From contig CAIWTR010000646.1 in the NCBI GenBank assembly GCA_903915615.1, positions 1 through 43,354 of the forward strand: a DNA stretch of 43,354 nucleotides, written 5' to 3'. The stretch comes from an uncultured Armatimonadetes bacterium. Its GTDB lineage: Bacteria > Armatimonadota > Armatimonadia > Armatimonadales > Armatimonadaceae. This document shows positions 17,563 to 26,721 of the stretch, piece by piece. Under the pieces are notes generated by a model, which saw nothing but the letters and a program-made list of their open reading frames with translations, did not search any database and had not been told where the DNA came from. How positions within the stretch are numbered: position 1 is the stretch's first letter; the number at the start of each line of letters is the position of its first letter. The translations under genes and the position numbers were made by a program.

Positions 17563-18537
17563 CTAAGACCGGGATTGCTTTCTGTAGCGTAAAGCCGCAG
17601 CAAGAAGGAACAACAGTGCTCCCGCAAGTGATCCAACCTGACGGGGAAGGGATGTTGCAAGTGACAAGGCATCGGAGAGGTGTGACAAACAGGCGATCAA
17701 TAGGGTGGATGGAAGGAGCAACCAAGCACTTGGTCCTGCCAGTAAACCAACAATGAGGCCATCAAAGCCTACACCGCTTCCGTAAAAGTCAGCAGGAAAT
17801 CTCCTGAATGGCCCGGCTGATCCGATAGAAATCGCGCCAGCAAGCCCAATAATGCCCGCTGAGATAACCATCACTAAAATGCGCGTTCGCTTTGGTGCGA
17901 GCCCTGCAACATTTGCCACACCATCCGTTGTTGCCAAAGACCGTATGAAGCGACCAATAACGGTTTTGTGGAAGACATAAATGTAAGCTGCCATCAGGAT
18001 GCACCCGAACACAAGCCCGATATTGAGATCAGAGCCTAGATACAGCAGAGGTAATGTCCAAGGCATTTCCCGTGTGTGAGGAGCATCTGAAGTAGGGTCT
18101 CGGAACGGTCCGTTTGCCAAGTAACGCGTTAGAAGCTGAAGGATATAGTTTAAGAGGAGACCGCTGATGACTTCGTGAACGCCTTTGTTCTCCCTAAGCC
18201 AGCTGATGAGGAGCCCAACACATCCGCCGATGGCGAACGCCAGGGTTAGCCCCGCCCAAAGCCCGAGAGGGGTGTTTGACAGAGAGGTCCCAACGATGGC
18301 TACTGTTAGCCCTCCAGCAGCATAGATGCCTTCTCCTGCGATGAGTATGCGCCCAGTTGCTAGGCATGCGTGGACCCCTAAGCCAGCGAGTAGCAGGGGA
18401 GTGGCAATCGTGAGAAACCGCAAGAGAGCCATTGGCGAACCAAAGGCGATGTTGACGACATCCGGCTGCAGGCGCAAGAGTGCGAATGTTGCAAGCGCAA
18501 CGCCTATCAGGGCAAAAAACGTTTTGGCGTGCTTCAC
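17563..18537 (-). CDS. ABC transporter permease (CUT2/BMP-type, YufP/NupP-like)
   Basis: 324 aa, multi-TM and adjacent to the paired permease and the fused ATPase. Confidence 0.85.
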   Translation of the reverse strand: MKHAKTFFALIGVALATFALLRLQPDVVNIAFGSPMALLRFLTIATPLLLAGLGVHACLATGRILIAGEGIYAAGGLTVAIVGTSLSNTPLGLWAGLTLAFAIGGCVGLLISWLRENKGVHEVISGLLLNYILQLLTRYLANGPFRDPTSDAPHTREMPWTLPLLYLGSDLNIGLVFGCILMAAYIYVFHKTVIGRFIRSLATTDGVANVAGLAPKRTRILVMVISAGIIGLAGAISIGSAGPFRRFPADFYGSGVGFDGLIVGLLAGPSAWLLLPSTLLIACLSHLSDALSLATSLPRQVGSLAGALLFLLAAALRYRKQSRS

Positions 18538-20051
18538 TAAACGATGGCCTCAACGAGTGACTTTTCAGTCCATTCTGTGGATGGTCTGGTTTGCACAAGC
18601 TGACCACTTGAAACGACACTAATCGTGTCGCAGGTGTTTATCAGAAAGGTAAGGTCATCGGAATACACGAGGATAGCCGTGCCTGTCTGGAGGGACTTTG
18701 CGAGAAGTTTCCGAGTGATCCCGGCGCTCGCCGCTCGGTCGAGGCCGCGAGTTGGTTGATCAATAACAATAATCTCATTATTGCGTTCAAGCTCACGGCC
18801 AACCATAAACTTTTGCTGGTTCCCACCGCTTAGTGTGTCAAGGTTTCGTGTTACATCTCTTGGGCGAACATCGTATGCATCGACAATCGCTGACGCTTTG
18901 GCTGCATCTGAATGCCGTTGAAGCGGAAGCCATTGCGCAAACGGTGAATCAGCCAGCTGTCCAAAGGTCATGTTGTGATCGAGGGGTTCACTGGTGATCA
19001 TGCCTTCTATGTGACGGTCCGCTGGGATGTAGCCAATGTGCATTTTCCTGCGAGTTGCTATTGACTTGGAGTCAATGGATTCTTGTCTGACAGTTACCGA
19101 GAGGCCATCTTGCCGTGTCAACGCAAGTGCTTTTAGCCAGCTGGTGTAGCCAGAGCCATCCAAGCCCGCTAGACCATGAATCTCATTTTCGTGTATATCC
19201 AGCTGCGCACCATTCCCACTGATTCGAACAATGAGTTCACTCGAGAATCGTTTTTCGGGTTTATCAATGGCTTTGGATTCAGAAATCGCCGGTGGAGCCA
19301 TCCCACTGATGATGTCTGCAAGAGTCACATCACTTACCTGACGCGTGAACACCAGCTCCCCTGAGCGCATTACTGTGACATGAGAGCAATATTCAAGAAT
19401 GTCTTCAAGTTTGTGCGTGGCAATGATAACTGTCAATCCAGTTGCAACTTCTGCCTGAATCAGCGTCCAGAAATGAACGGCATCGGTATGTGACATCACC
19501 GAGGTAGGTTCATCAAGGAGTAACAAAGCTGGCTTGGATGCAAGCGCACACGCGACTTGCAAAAGCTGCCGCTGATGCATCGTCAGATCTGAGACTCGTT
19601 TTCCTAGTGGTACCAGCAAGCCAACACGCGTGAGCTGCTGCTGATTACTGTCCACCGTGCTCGATTGACCCGCTGCAAGTGCTGCGCACGCGACACAGGC
19701 TCCAAGCGTCATGTTGGATGGAAGCACATCATGTTGTAGGACAAACCCGACACGGGATGCCTTTTCACGATCATCTGCTGGGATTTCAATGCTTCCCGAC
19801 ATCTGGGTGATGAGACCGGCAACAGCCTTCAAGACGGTAGTCTTCCCGGCTCCGTTTTCACCGGCCAGAGCATGGATTTCTCCTGGCGTTACCGTAAGAT
19901 TAAAATTATCAACGACGGGGATGCCGCCGTATCCAAGTTTGATGTTCCGGATGATCAATGGTTTCTGCCATGTCGATACTTGCACGGATTGATTGTAGCA
20001 TCGGCGCAAGACTGTCATCGCGTGATATAGTGCCAAGGTTTTGCACCACAC
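18537..20051 (-). CDS. ABC transporter ATP-binding protein with duplicated NBDs (YufO/NupO/RbsA-like)
   Basis: NBD1 has Walker A GENGAGKTT and Walker B LLLLDEPTS. NBD2 has LSGGNQQKFMVGRELE and IIVIDQPTRGLD, plus the family-typical degenerate P-loop GLDGSGYT. The start is uncertain: GTG at 20051, ATG 33 nt downstream, or GTG 66 nt downstream. Confidence 0.88.
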   Translation of the reverse strand: MWCKTLALYHAMTVLRRCYNQSVQVSTWQKPLIIRNIKLGYGGIPVVDNFNLTVTPGEIHALAGENGAGKTTVLKAVAGLITQMSGSIEIPADDREKASRVGFVLQHDVLPSNMTLGACVACAALAAGQSSTVDSNQQQLTRVGLLVPLGKRVSDLTMHQRQLLQVACALASKPALLLLDEPTSVMSHTDAVHFWTLIQAEVATGLTVIIATHKLEDILEYCSHVTVMRSGELVFTRQVSDVTLADIISGMAPPAISESKAIDKPEKRFSSELIVRISGNGAQLDIHENEIHGLAGLDGSGYTSWLKALALTRQDGLSVTVRQESIDSKSIATRRKMHIGYIPADRHIEGMITSEPLDHNMTFGQLADSPFAQWLPLQRHSDAAKASAIVDAYDVRPRDVTRNLDTLSGGNQQKFMVGRELERNNEIIVIDQPTRGLDRAASAGITRKLLAKSLQTGTAILVYSDDLTFLINTCDTISVVSSGQLVQTRPSTEWTEKSLVEAIV

Positions 20052-20162
20052 CGTAGAGATTTATCGTCTCTGCAAGTCCGCATCCGGGATAATCCTGGTC
20101 CGTAGTTACGGTCCATTCCGGAGGGGGGGATTCGTCCCGCAAACCAGGAAAGGTTCATTTTT

Positions 20163-21029
20163 ATGGCCACAATTTTGATGAAAGACCTCCTAGAGGCTGG
20201 TGTTCACTTCGGTCACCAAACCCGTCGTTGGAACCCAAAGATGAAGCGCTACATTTATGGTAGCCGTAATGGTATCTACATCATCGACCTTCATCAGTCC
20301 CTTAAGTTGTTCGATGATGCACAGAAGTTCATCCAGGACATCGTTACCGAAGGCGGCCACGTTCTCTTCGTAGGTACGAAGAAGCAGGCTGCTGATGCGA
20401 TGATGGAAGCTGCGCAGACATCCCGCCAGTACTTTGTCAACGAGCGCTGGCTCGGTGGCATGCTGACAAACTTCAAGACCATTCAGTCCCGTATTCAGCG
20501 TCTTCGTGACCTGACTGCGATGGAAGAGGATGGCACCTTCCTTAAGCTTACGAAGAAGGAAGCTGCGATTCTTACCGAAGAGAAGGACAAGCTTGAGCGC
20601 TTCCTCGGCGGTATTAAGGACATGCCAGGTCTTCCTGCAGTAATGTTCATCGTTGATACCAAGAAGGAACACATTGCAGTCGCTGAAGCGCGGTCGCTCG
20701 GTATTCCAATCGTAGCGATTGTTGACACGAACTGTGATCCTGATGAGATCGACTACATCATTCCAGGAAACGATGACGCAATCCGTGCAATCAAGCTGAT
20801 CACCCAGAAGATTGCTGAAGCGGTTGTCGAAGTCAAGCAGCACGAGTGGGAGGATGCTCCTGTTGCTGCAATCACCGGCTTTGATGTACTTGAAGACGAT
20901 GCTGCTGGACTTGATGCAGCTGAGGCACGTCGCCGCCAGATGGAAGAAGATGCCAAGGGCCTCGACTTTTCCTATGATGGCGATGGTCACATCGTAAGTG
21001 ATGGAACGGAAGCACCTACCGAAGAGTAG
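20163..21029 (+). CDS. rpsB: 30S ribosomal protein S2
   Basis: [24 protein letters not shown]...RNGIYIIDL...[10 protein letters not shown]...[10 protein letters not shown]...P..MFIVD...[32 protein letters not shown], followed by an acidic C-terminal tail. Confidence 0.97.
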   Translation: MATILMKDLLEAGVHFGHQTRRWNPKMKRYIYGSRNGIYIIDLHQSLKLFDDAQKFIQDIVTEGGHVLFVGTKKQAADAMMEAAQTSRQYFVNERWLGGMLTNFKTIQSRIQRLRDLTAMEEDGTFLKLTKKEAAILTEEKDKLERFLGGIKDMPGLPAVMFIVDTKKEHIAVAEARSLGIPIVAIVDTNCDPDEIDYIIPGNDDAIRAIKLITQKIAEAVVEVKQHEWEDAPVAAITGFDVLEDDAAGLDAAEARRRQMEEDAKGLDFSYDGDGHIVSDGTEAPTEE

Positions 21030-21059
21030 GTTTCCACTGCGTTTCGTAGACTGATTGAC

Positions 21060-21086
21060 GATGGGCAGGCCTTGTACCTGCCCATC
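21060..21086 (+). promoter_or_regulatory. Perfect 10-bp stem-loop in the rpsB-tsf spacer
   Basis: GATGGGCAGG-CCTTGTA-CCTGCCCATC with no following U-tract. It may act in attenuation, processing or mRNA stability. Confidence 0.4.
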
Positions 21087-21123
21087 TCCTTGAATAAACA
21101 AAGTTATTGGAAGGATTAGTAAC

Positions 21124-21990
21124 ATGGCTGCAATTACTGCTGGTCTCGTAGCCCAACTTCGCGAGCGTACAGGGCTGGGAATGATGGAGTGCAAGAAGGC
21201 ACTGACCGAAACCGACGGTGACCTTGAAGCGGCAATCGAGTTGTTGCGCAAAAAAGGTACCAAGGATCGTGGCGAGCGCGTTGCTGGCGAAGGCCTTGTC
21301 ATGGCGCACGTATCCGATGATGGCAAATTTGGTGCATTGATCGAGCTCAATTCTGAGACAGACTTTGTTGCACGTAATGAAGATTTCCGCTCGTTGGCAC
21401 GTGAAATTGCTGCAGTTGTTGCTGGCAATGACCTCCCAACTGCTGAAGATGTTCTGGCTGCCGATCTCGGTGGCGTAACCGTTGCTGCCAAGATTGATGA
21501 TGCAATCAAGCGCATCGGTGAAAAGCTCGTCCTCGGACGCACGGTACGCTACGCAGCTGGTGATGGCGTTATCACCGCTTATGTCCACAACCCTGGTGGA
21601 GCCGGATCCGAAGGCGGACGCATCGGTGTGCTCGTAGAAGCAACCACTGCAGGCCTCGGCCTTGAAGTCGCAATGCACGTTAGTTTTGCAAAGCCACGCT
21701 TCCTCTCCGACTCAGATGTTCCAGCGGATGTCGTCGCTAAAGAGCGCGCATTCGTTGAAGATCAAACCAAGAACGATCCTAAGATGGTCGGGAAGCCAGA
21801 TGCCGCAATTCAGTCTGCGGTCGATGGCCGATTACGAAAGTTCCTTGGCGAAATCGTTCTTCTGTCACAGCCTTACATCCGTGAAGATAAGAAGACCGTC
21901 GGACAGCTCGCGAAAGACCAAAATGGCACGATCGCTCGCTTTACCCGTTTCGAGGTTGGCGAAGGTACGCCAAAGCAAGCTGCCGAATGA
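21124..21990 (+). CDS. tsf: Translation elongation factor Ts
   Basis: [44 protein letters not shown] (UBA-like N-terminus), then [18 protein letters not shown] Shine-Dalgarno. Confidence 0.97.
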   Translation: MAAITAGLVAQLRERTGLGMMECKKALTETDGDLEAAIELLRKKGTKDRGERVAGEGLVMAHVSDDGKFGALIELNSETDFVARNEDFRSLAREIAAVVAGNDLPTAEDVLAADLGGVTVAAKIDDAIKRIGEKLVLGRTVRYAAGDGVITAYVHNPGGAGSEGGRIGVLVEATTAGLGLEVAMHVSFAKPRFLSDSDVPADVVAKERAFVEDQTKNDPKMVGKPDAAIQSAVDGRLRKFLGEIVLLSQPYIREDKKTVGQLAKDQNGTIARFTRFEVGEGTPKQAAE

Positions 21991-22730
21991 TTCCCGATGA
22001 CTCGCGGCCAAGGTTTGGCCGTGTGCTTCTAAAGCTCTCCGGAGAAGCATTCTCCGGGGAGCAGGGTTATGGAATATCGCCAGAAACCATCAAGAAGATA
22101 GCCAATGAAATTGCCGAAGTCGCTGCATCAGGTGTACAGGTAGCAATTGTTGTCGGTGGCGGCAATATTCTTCGTGGCTCCGCTGTTTCTGCCGGTGAAG
22201 GCATGGAACGGACGTCTGCTGACTATGCTGGGATGCTGGCGACAGTTATTAATGCTGTCGCATTGCAGGACAGTCTGGAAAAGCTGGACGTTCAGACCCG
22301 TGTGCAAACGGCAATCCCTATTCCGCAAATCGCTGAGCCGTTTATCCGGCGGCGCGCCATGCGTCACATGGAAAAAGGTCGCGTGGTGATCCTTGCTGCG
22401 GGTACGGGTAATCCGTACTTTACAACAGACACTGCCGCGGCACTGAGAGCCGTTGAGCTAGGCGCTGATGTCGTCCTGATGGCAAAGAACGGTACTGATG
22501 CGGTCTACAACAAGGATCCACGTAAACACGCGGATGCGATGCCGTATAAAACACTGTCTTTTGATGAAGCGATTGAGCGCAAGCTCAAGGTGATGGACCT
22601 GACTGCATTTGCTGTCTGTATGGAAAATGATCTTCCAATTATTGTTTTTGATATTGGAATCTCCGGTAACATCAAGCGTGCGGTTGAAGGTGAACCAATC
22701 GGTACACTCGTTGGAAGGATTAAGCAATGA
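21987..22730 (+). CDS. pyrH: UMP kinase
   Basis: [11 protein letters not shown]....GYGI........IA.EI......[15 protein letters not shown]...........[16 protein letters not shown]......TRV...I. ATGA overlap with tsf. Confidence 0.96.
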   Translation: MIPDDSRPRFGRVLLKLSGEAFSGEQGYGISPETIKKIANEIAEVAASGVQVAIVVGGGNILRGSAVSAGEGMERTSADYAGMLATVINAVALQDSLEKLDVQTRVQTAIPIPQIAEPFIRRRAMRHMEKGRVVILAAGTGNPYFTTDTAAALRAVELGADVVLMAKNGTDAVYNKDPRKHADAMPYKTLSFDEAIERKLKVMDLTAFAVCMENDLPIIVFDIGISGNIKRAVEGEPIGTLVGRIKQ

Positions 22731-23278
22731 ACGTCTCTGACATTCTGAAGGATTCTGAGTCACGCATGCGTAAGTCGATTGAATCTGCACAGGCAGACTT
22801 CAATACTTTGCGCGCTGGGCGTGCCAGCCCTGCAATGCTGGATGGCCTTCGCGTTGATTATTTCGGACAACCGATGCCTGTAAATCAGCTCGGTACTGTT
22901 GTGTCTCCTGAGCCAAGAGTTCTCCTCATCACCCCTTGGGATGCCAGTGCGTTGCCGTTGATTGAAAAAGCAATCAACAACTCACATCTGGGAATGAATC
23001 CTAACAACGATGGTGTGACCATTCGGCTGAATGTTCCTGCGCTTACGCAGGATCGCCGCAAGGACTTCGTAAAGCAGCTAAGTCAGAAGACTGAGGCCGC
23101 TAGAGTCTCCCTTAGGAACATCCGACGTGATGGTATTGATGCTGCCAAGAAGGATGATGAGCTCACTGAGGACGATGTCAAGCGTGTAGAAAAGGACATC
23201 CAGAAGGTTCTGGACCGGTTTATGGGCGAGCTGGATACTTTAGCGAAGACTAAAGAACAGGAACTCCTCGAAGACTAG
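22727..23278 (+). CDS. frr: Ribosome recycling factor
   Basis: F..LR.GRASP..LD...VDYFG...P..Q......PE.R.L.I.PWD.......EKAI..S.LG.NP..DG..IRL..P.LT..RRK...K. 183 aa. ATGA overlap with pyrH. Confidence 0.96.
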   Translation: MNVSDILKDSESRMRKSIESAQADFNTLRAGRASPAMLDGLRVDYFGQPMPVNQLGTVVSPEPRVLLITPWDASALPLIEKAINNSHLGMNPNNDGVTIRLNVPALTQDRRKDFVKQLSQKTEAARVSLRNIRRDGIDAAKKDDELTEDDVKRVEKDIQKVLDRFMGELDTLAKTKEQELLED

Positions 23279-23301
23279 TTCGAAATCAGATTCTGTATTC
23301 A

Positions 23302-23340
23302 CCTCGCGATTCATGCAAATGACGCGGGGTGTTTGTTTTT
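23302..23340 (+). terminator. Intrinsic terminator, copy 1 (downstream of frr)
   Basis: CCTCGCG...CGCGGGG stem (7 bp including one G-U pair) followed by TGTTTGTTTTT. Confidence 0.75.
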
Positions 23341-23433
23341 CTGGCCAACCTGTGTAGCACAAGCGTTTTACCAACACATCTACTGATTCATGGGTGAGGT
23401 TGATTGGCTAGATACTGCCCGTTACTTGATTAG

Positions 23434-23472
23434 CCCCGCGATTCATGTAAGTCTCGCGGGGTGTTTGTTTTT
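23434..23472 (+). terminator. Intrinsic terminator, copy 2
   Basis: CCCCGCGA-12 nt loop-TCGCGGGG followed by TGTTTGTTTTT. Confidence 0.7.
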
Positions 23473-23565
23473 CTGGCTAACCGGTGTAGAACAAGCGGTT
23501 TACCAACACATCTACTGATTCAAGGGTGAGGTTGATGGGCTAGATACTGCCCGTTACTTGATTCA

Positions 23566-23604
23566 CCCCGCGATTCATGTAAATGTCGCGGGGTGTTTGT
23601 ATTT
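23566..23604 (+). terminator. Intrinsic terminator, copy 3
   Basis: CCCCGCGA-12 nt loop-TCGCGGGG followed by TGTTTGTATTT. Confidence 0.7.
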
Positions 23605-23629
23605 CTGGACCATTCGGCCTAGTTTGCAG

Positions 23630-25165
23630 TTAGATACGCGGAAGCTGCTTTAGGAGGCCTGGCCCGCCAGTTTTGAACAAGCGTTTTACCAACATTTCTG
23701 CTGACAGCAGACACATCGGCATACCTATTCCCGGGTTTGTACCCGCTCCGACAAAGAACAGGTTTTTTACTTTCCGGCTGCGAGCTGGCGGACGCATAAA
23801 GCTGGATTGCGCTAGAGTATGCGCCTGACCACCAAGCGCATTTCCAAGCCATGCACAGTAGTCATTGGAAAAATCCTCGCCGCAATAAAACCTTTGAACC
23901 ACGACGCGCTCTCGAACTCCATCGATAGAAAAGGATTGCTCAAGAATGTCAAGTAACCGCTCAGTACACTCCCGCTTCAATTCTGGTGTCCACGTTAGTC
24001 CAGTTGGACATGGCATCAGAATGAAGAGATTTGTATAGCCGCTTGGCGCGACCGTTGGATCGGTCTTGCTTGGGCATGAGACGTAGATGCTAGGATCTGT
24101 CGGCAAGGAATGCCCATGGAAGAGCTCTGAAAAACTCAAATCCCAATCATCCGGGAATAAAAGAGTATGGTGTTCAAGCATCGGCGCTTCACCGCGTATA
24201 CCCAGATACAGAATGGCTGCACTTGGTGCTGGTCGCTTCTTGGACCAGTAGTTTTGATCTAGACTCTGAGACTCTTTTGGCAGAAGAACAGACTCCACAT
24301 GGTGATAATCGGAGTTCGCCACAACTATGTCAGCATCGATTACCCGACCATCGGTGAGCGTGACAGACCGTGCCGAGCCTCTCTCGATGTCAATAGAGCT
24401 CACATCGGCGCCTGTCGTAATCGTCCCACCGGCTTTAGTGATGATGTTCGCCATCGCTGTAACGATGGCCCCGATCCCACCATCTGGATAATGCACTCCC
24501 ATCGCAAAATCAACGTAGTTCATTGCTGAAAAAACGCCAGGAGTTTCCTTCGGAGCATTTCCCAGAAAAAGGGTTTGGTAGGCAAGAAAGCGTCTTACGG
24601 TATCGTTCTTGAACCACTTTGAGAGATGCTTCTCCATTGAGATTAGGACAGGTAAACCCCAGCCATCCCGCATGGTCGCGAGCGTCATGTAGTGGAAGAA
24701 GGTATCGGCATTCCGAGCCATGAATGATCTGAGGCTCCGGTCATAGTGACTCTTACTTGTTTTGATGTAAGCGGCAAGACTCTTACTGCTGCCAGGGAAG
24801 AACTGGTCAAGCGTTGCTCCATCACGTACGGTGTCCGAGTACATGTCCACGGGAGCATCGCTTCCAGCCAAGTAGACCCGGTAGGATGGTGAGAGCCGCT
24901 TCGTGGGAAGAACAGTATCAACATCTTCGTTACAGAGTTTGAAGAAGTGCTCGAAGACATCCGGCATGAGGTACCAGGATGGCCCCATATCAAAGCGAAA
25001 ACCGTTTTCGGTCCACACGCGGGCTCTGCCACCGAGTGTCTCATTACGCTCAAGTAGCTGCACGGATAGTCCAGCGCACGACAAGAGAGCAGCGGCAGCG
25101 AGTCCGCCAAAACCACCGCCAATAATGACAACCTTAGATGATTTGGTTAGTTTCACTAGTGACAA
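23630..25165 (-). CDS. crtI: Phytoene desaturase family FAD-dependent oxidoreductase (CrtI-type)
   Basis: Dinucleotide-binding N-terminus VVIIGGGFGGLAAAALLSCAGLSVQLLERNETLGGRA, then FDMGPSWYLMPDVFEHFF, and the C-terminal motif FFVGAGTNPGIGMPMCLLSA. It lies immediately downstream of crtB. The start is uncertain: TTG at 25165 or GTG at 25156. Confidence 0.88.
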   Translation of the reverse strand: MSLVKLTKSSKVVIIGGGFGGLAAAALLSCAGLSVQLLERNETLGGRARVWTENGFRFDMGPSWYLMPDVFEHFFKLCNEDVDTVLPTKRLSPSYRVYLAGSDAPVDMYSDTVRDGATLDQFFPGSSKSLAAYIKTSKSHYDRSLRSFMARNADTFFHYMTLATMRDGWGLPVLISMEKHLSKWFKNDTVRRFLAYQTLFLGNAPKETPGVFSAMNYVDFAMGVHYPDGGIGAIVTAMANIITKAGGTITTGADVSSIDIERGSARSVTLTDGRVIDADIVVANSDYHHVESVLLPKESQSLDQNYWSKKRPAPSAAILYLGIRGEAPMLEHHTLLFPDDWDLSFSELFHGHSLPTDPSIYVSCPSKTDPTVAPSGYTNLFILMPCPTGLTWTPELKRECTERLLDILEQSFSIDGVRERVVVQRFYCGEDFSNDYCAWLGNALGGQAHTLAQSSFMRPPARSRKVKNLFFVGAGTNPGIGMPMCLLSAEMLVKRLFKTGGPGLLKQLPRI

Positions 25166-26058
25166 AGCGCCAATCGACGCTTACCAAAAATCATCAGCTT
25201 ATGTGCCGTCGATGTATGGACACGACCTTTGAACACATTGTAGTCATTTGCTTCAATACGATCCAAGATAGCTTCATAGATATCAGCTGCTAATGCAACG
25301 CCAAACTGGCAGTCAGGAGAGAGGTGCTTTATGCCAGACCTACCCACTTTATATAGCGATCTCGTATGGGAGACCAAGTCCCGTATAGCAGCCTTCCAGT
25401 TGTCATCTGCGACCTGATGGATGATGGCATCGTGGGATGAATCGTAGCGGCGTAACATGTCAGATGGCAAGTAAATTCTGCCGCGTTGTTCAAAGTCCGC
25501 CTGCACATCTCGTAAGAAGTTCGTCATTTGAAACGCTTCACCCAGTGCGCGTGCCGTTGGAATAGCATCCGGATGTGTCGCACCGCAGACAAGAGCCATC
25601 ATTTCACCGACGACACTTGCACTTCCATGCATATAAGCATTGAGCTCAGCATAAGAGTGATAGCGCTTGATACGGGTGTCGCTTAGCATCGCCGTAAAGA
25701 AGTCATCAACGAGGCTGCGTGGCATATTGTAGCGGTTCATCACGTACCGCATCATCCGAAACGCTGGATGGCAGTCAATTGTGCCTGAATCATAAGCCAG
25801 TTGCCAGGATTTGATCCAATCGAGAAGCGCAGCGGATGCTTGTTCATCGCTCAAACCTTGCTCATCGACGATGTCATCCGGTAAACGAACAAATGCGTAA
25901 ATCGCATACGTCACATCGCGTACTTCACGTGGGAAGAAGCGTATCCCAGCACTAAAACTTTTCGCATGCTTATGAGTAAGTGCTTTTGCAAAACGTAAAT
26001 CGTCATCCCAATCCCTATAGGTTTTATGTCCTTGTGTCAGTGATTGAGGTGGTGCCAC
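25156..26058 (-). CDS. crtB: Phytoene/squalene synthase family protein (CrtB-type)
   Basis: Asp-rich motifs YAFVRLPDDIVDE and FLRDVQADFEQRGRIYLP. GTG start with a GGAG Shine-Dalgarno 8 nt upstream. Confidence 0.9.
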   Translation of the reverse strand: MAPPQSLTQGHKTYRDWDDDLRFAKALTHKHAKSFSAGIRFFPREVRDVTYAIYAFVRLPDDIVDEQGLSDEQASAALLDWIKSWQLAYDSGTIDCHPAFRMMRYVMNRYNMPRSLVDDFFTAMLSDTRIKRYHSYAELNAYMHGSASVVGEMMALVCGATHPDAIPTARALGEAFQMTNFLRDVQADFEQRGRIYLPSDMLRRYDSSHDAIIHQVADDNWKAAIRDLVSHTRSLYKVGRSGIKHLSPDCQFGVALAADIYEAILDRIEANDYNVFKGRVHTSTAHKLMIFGKRRLALCH

Positions 26059-26125
26059 AGCTTACTCCGGTGCTTGATACGAGACTTAACACGTTTAGCA
26101 AATGTTAGTTCCCGAAATGTTAATG

Positions 26126-26157
26126 AAAAACGCCTCCATGGCGATGCCATGGAGGCG
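26126..26157 (-). terminator. Intrinsic terminator downstream of the Fe-S carrier gene
   Basis: On the minus strand, CGCCTCCATGGC-loop-GCCATGGAGGCG (11-12 bp stem) is followed by TTTTT. Confidence 0.85.
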
Positions 26158-26181
26158 TCTACGAGATATGGGGATTAGTGA

Positions 26182-26616
26182 CTAACCTTTGCTTGGGCAG
26201 CTACCACATCCGCCAGTGATCGTTCGTCCTTCTGTGTCATCTTCAACGGAGAAGGAGGACCCACATCCACAGGACTTGACAGCATTCGGGTTTTCGACCT
26301 TGAAGCCGCCGCCCATCGCTGTCGTCACGTAGTCAACAACCGCGCCTTGAAGGTACTTGATGTCCATAGGGGCGAGGACAACCTCGACACCGCTTGTGGA
26401 AAACACTTCATCACCTTCATCGATGCTCTCATCCAGTGCAAGGCCGTATTGCAGACCACTGCATCCGCCACCTGCTACATAGACGCGTAGACGAATACCA
26501 TCAGGGTTTCCCTGCTGCTCAAGGATATCCATGACCTCCTGAGCCGCACGCTCTGTCAAAGAGAGTGGGCAGGAGCTGTCCATTACTTCCGTCGATACTT
26601 CCAGCGCGATAGACAT
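26182..26616 (-). CDS. A-type iron-sulfur cluster carrier (IscA/ErpA/HesB family) with a C-terminal extension
   Basis: LSLTERAAQEVMDIL...IRLRVYVAGGGCSGLQYGLALDE...FKVENPNAVKSCGCGSSF. The start is set at the ATG at 26614-26616 (MSIALEV...). About 22 extra residues follow the canonical CGCGxSF end. Confidence 0.88.
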   Translation of the reverse strand: MSIALEVSTEVMDSSCPLSLTERAAQEVMDILEQQGNPDGIRLRVYVAGGGCSGLQYGLALDESIDEGDEVFSTSGVEVVLAPMDIKYLQGAVVDYVTTAMGGGFKVENPNAVKSCGCGSSFSVEDDTEGRTITGGCGSCPSKG

Positions 26617-26721
26617 ACAATCGTTCCCTTGATTAACATTTGGAATGCCGTGACTAACCACGGCGATACATACAAGTATACCGAATCACCGACTCGGATG
26701 TTCCGTCATTAATGGAATTTC

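Larger units (their letters stand above)
23302..23607. repeat. Tandem repeat, period 132 bp, about 2.3 copies
   Basis: Units begin at 23302, 23434 and 23566. Units 1 and 2 differ at about 13 of 132 positions by my manual alignment. Unit 3 is truncated after the terminator. Confidence 0.9.

Noticed and set aside
18537-20051. The degenerate P-loop (GLDGSGYT, no Lys) in the second NBD of the ABC ATPase, considered as a possible sign of pseudogenisation.
   Set aside because: From what I know of this family, CUT2/BMP-type double-NBD ATPases normally have a non-canonical second P-loop. The rest of NBD2 (LSGGNQQK, DQPTRGLD) is intact.
20190-21542. A 450-aa minus-strand ORF spanning rpsB, the spacer and the start of tsf.
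   Set aside because: It is entirely antisense to two unmistakable, highly conserved genes. Its product is a Ser/Arg/Ala/Leu-rich low-complexity sequence with no motif. This is the stop-free antisense frame that strongly codon-biased genes typically produce.
23302-23607. The tandem repeat considered as a possible CRISPR array.
   Set aside because: The 132-bp units abut directly with no unique spacers. The repeat is far longer than CRISPR repeats, and no cas genes are present.
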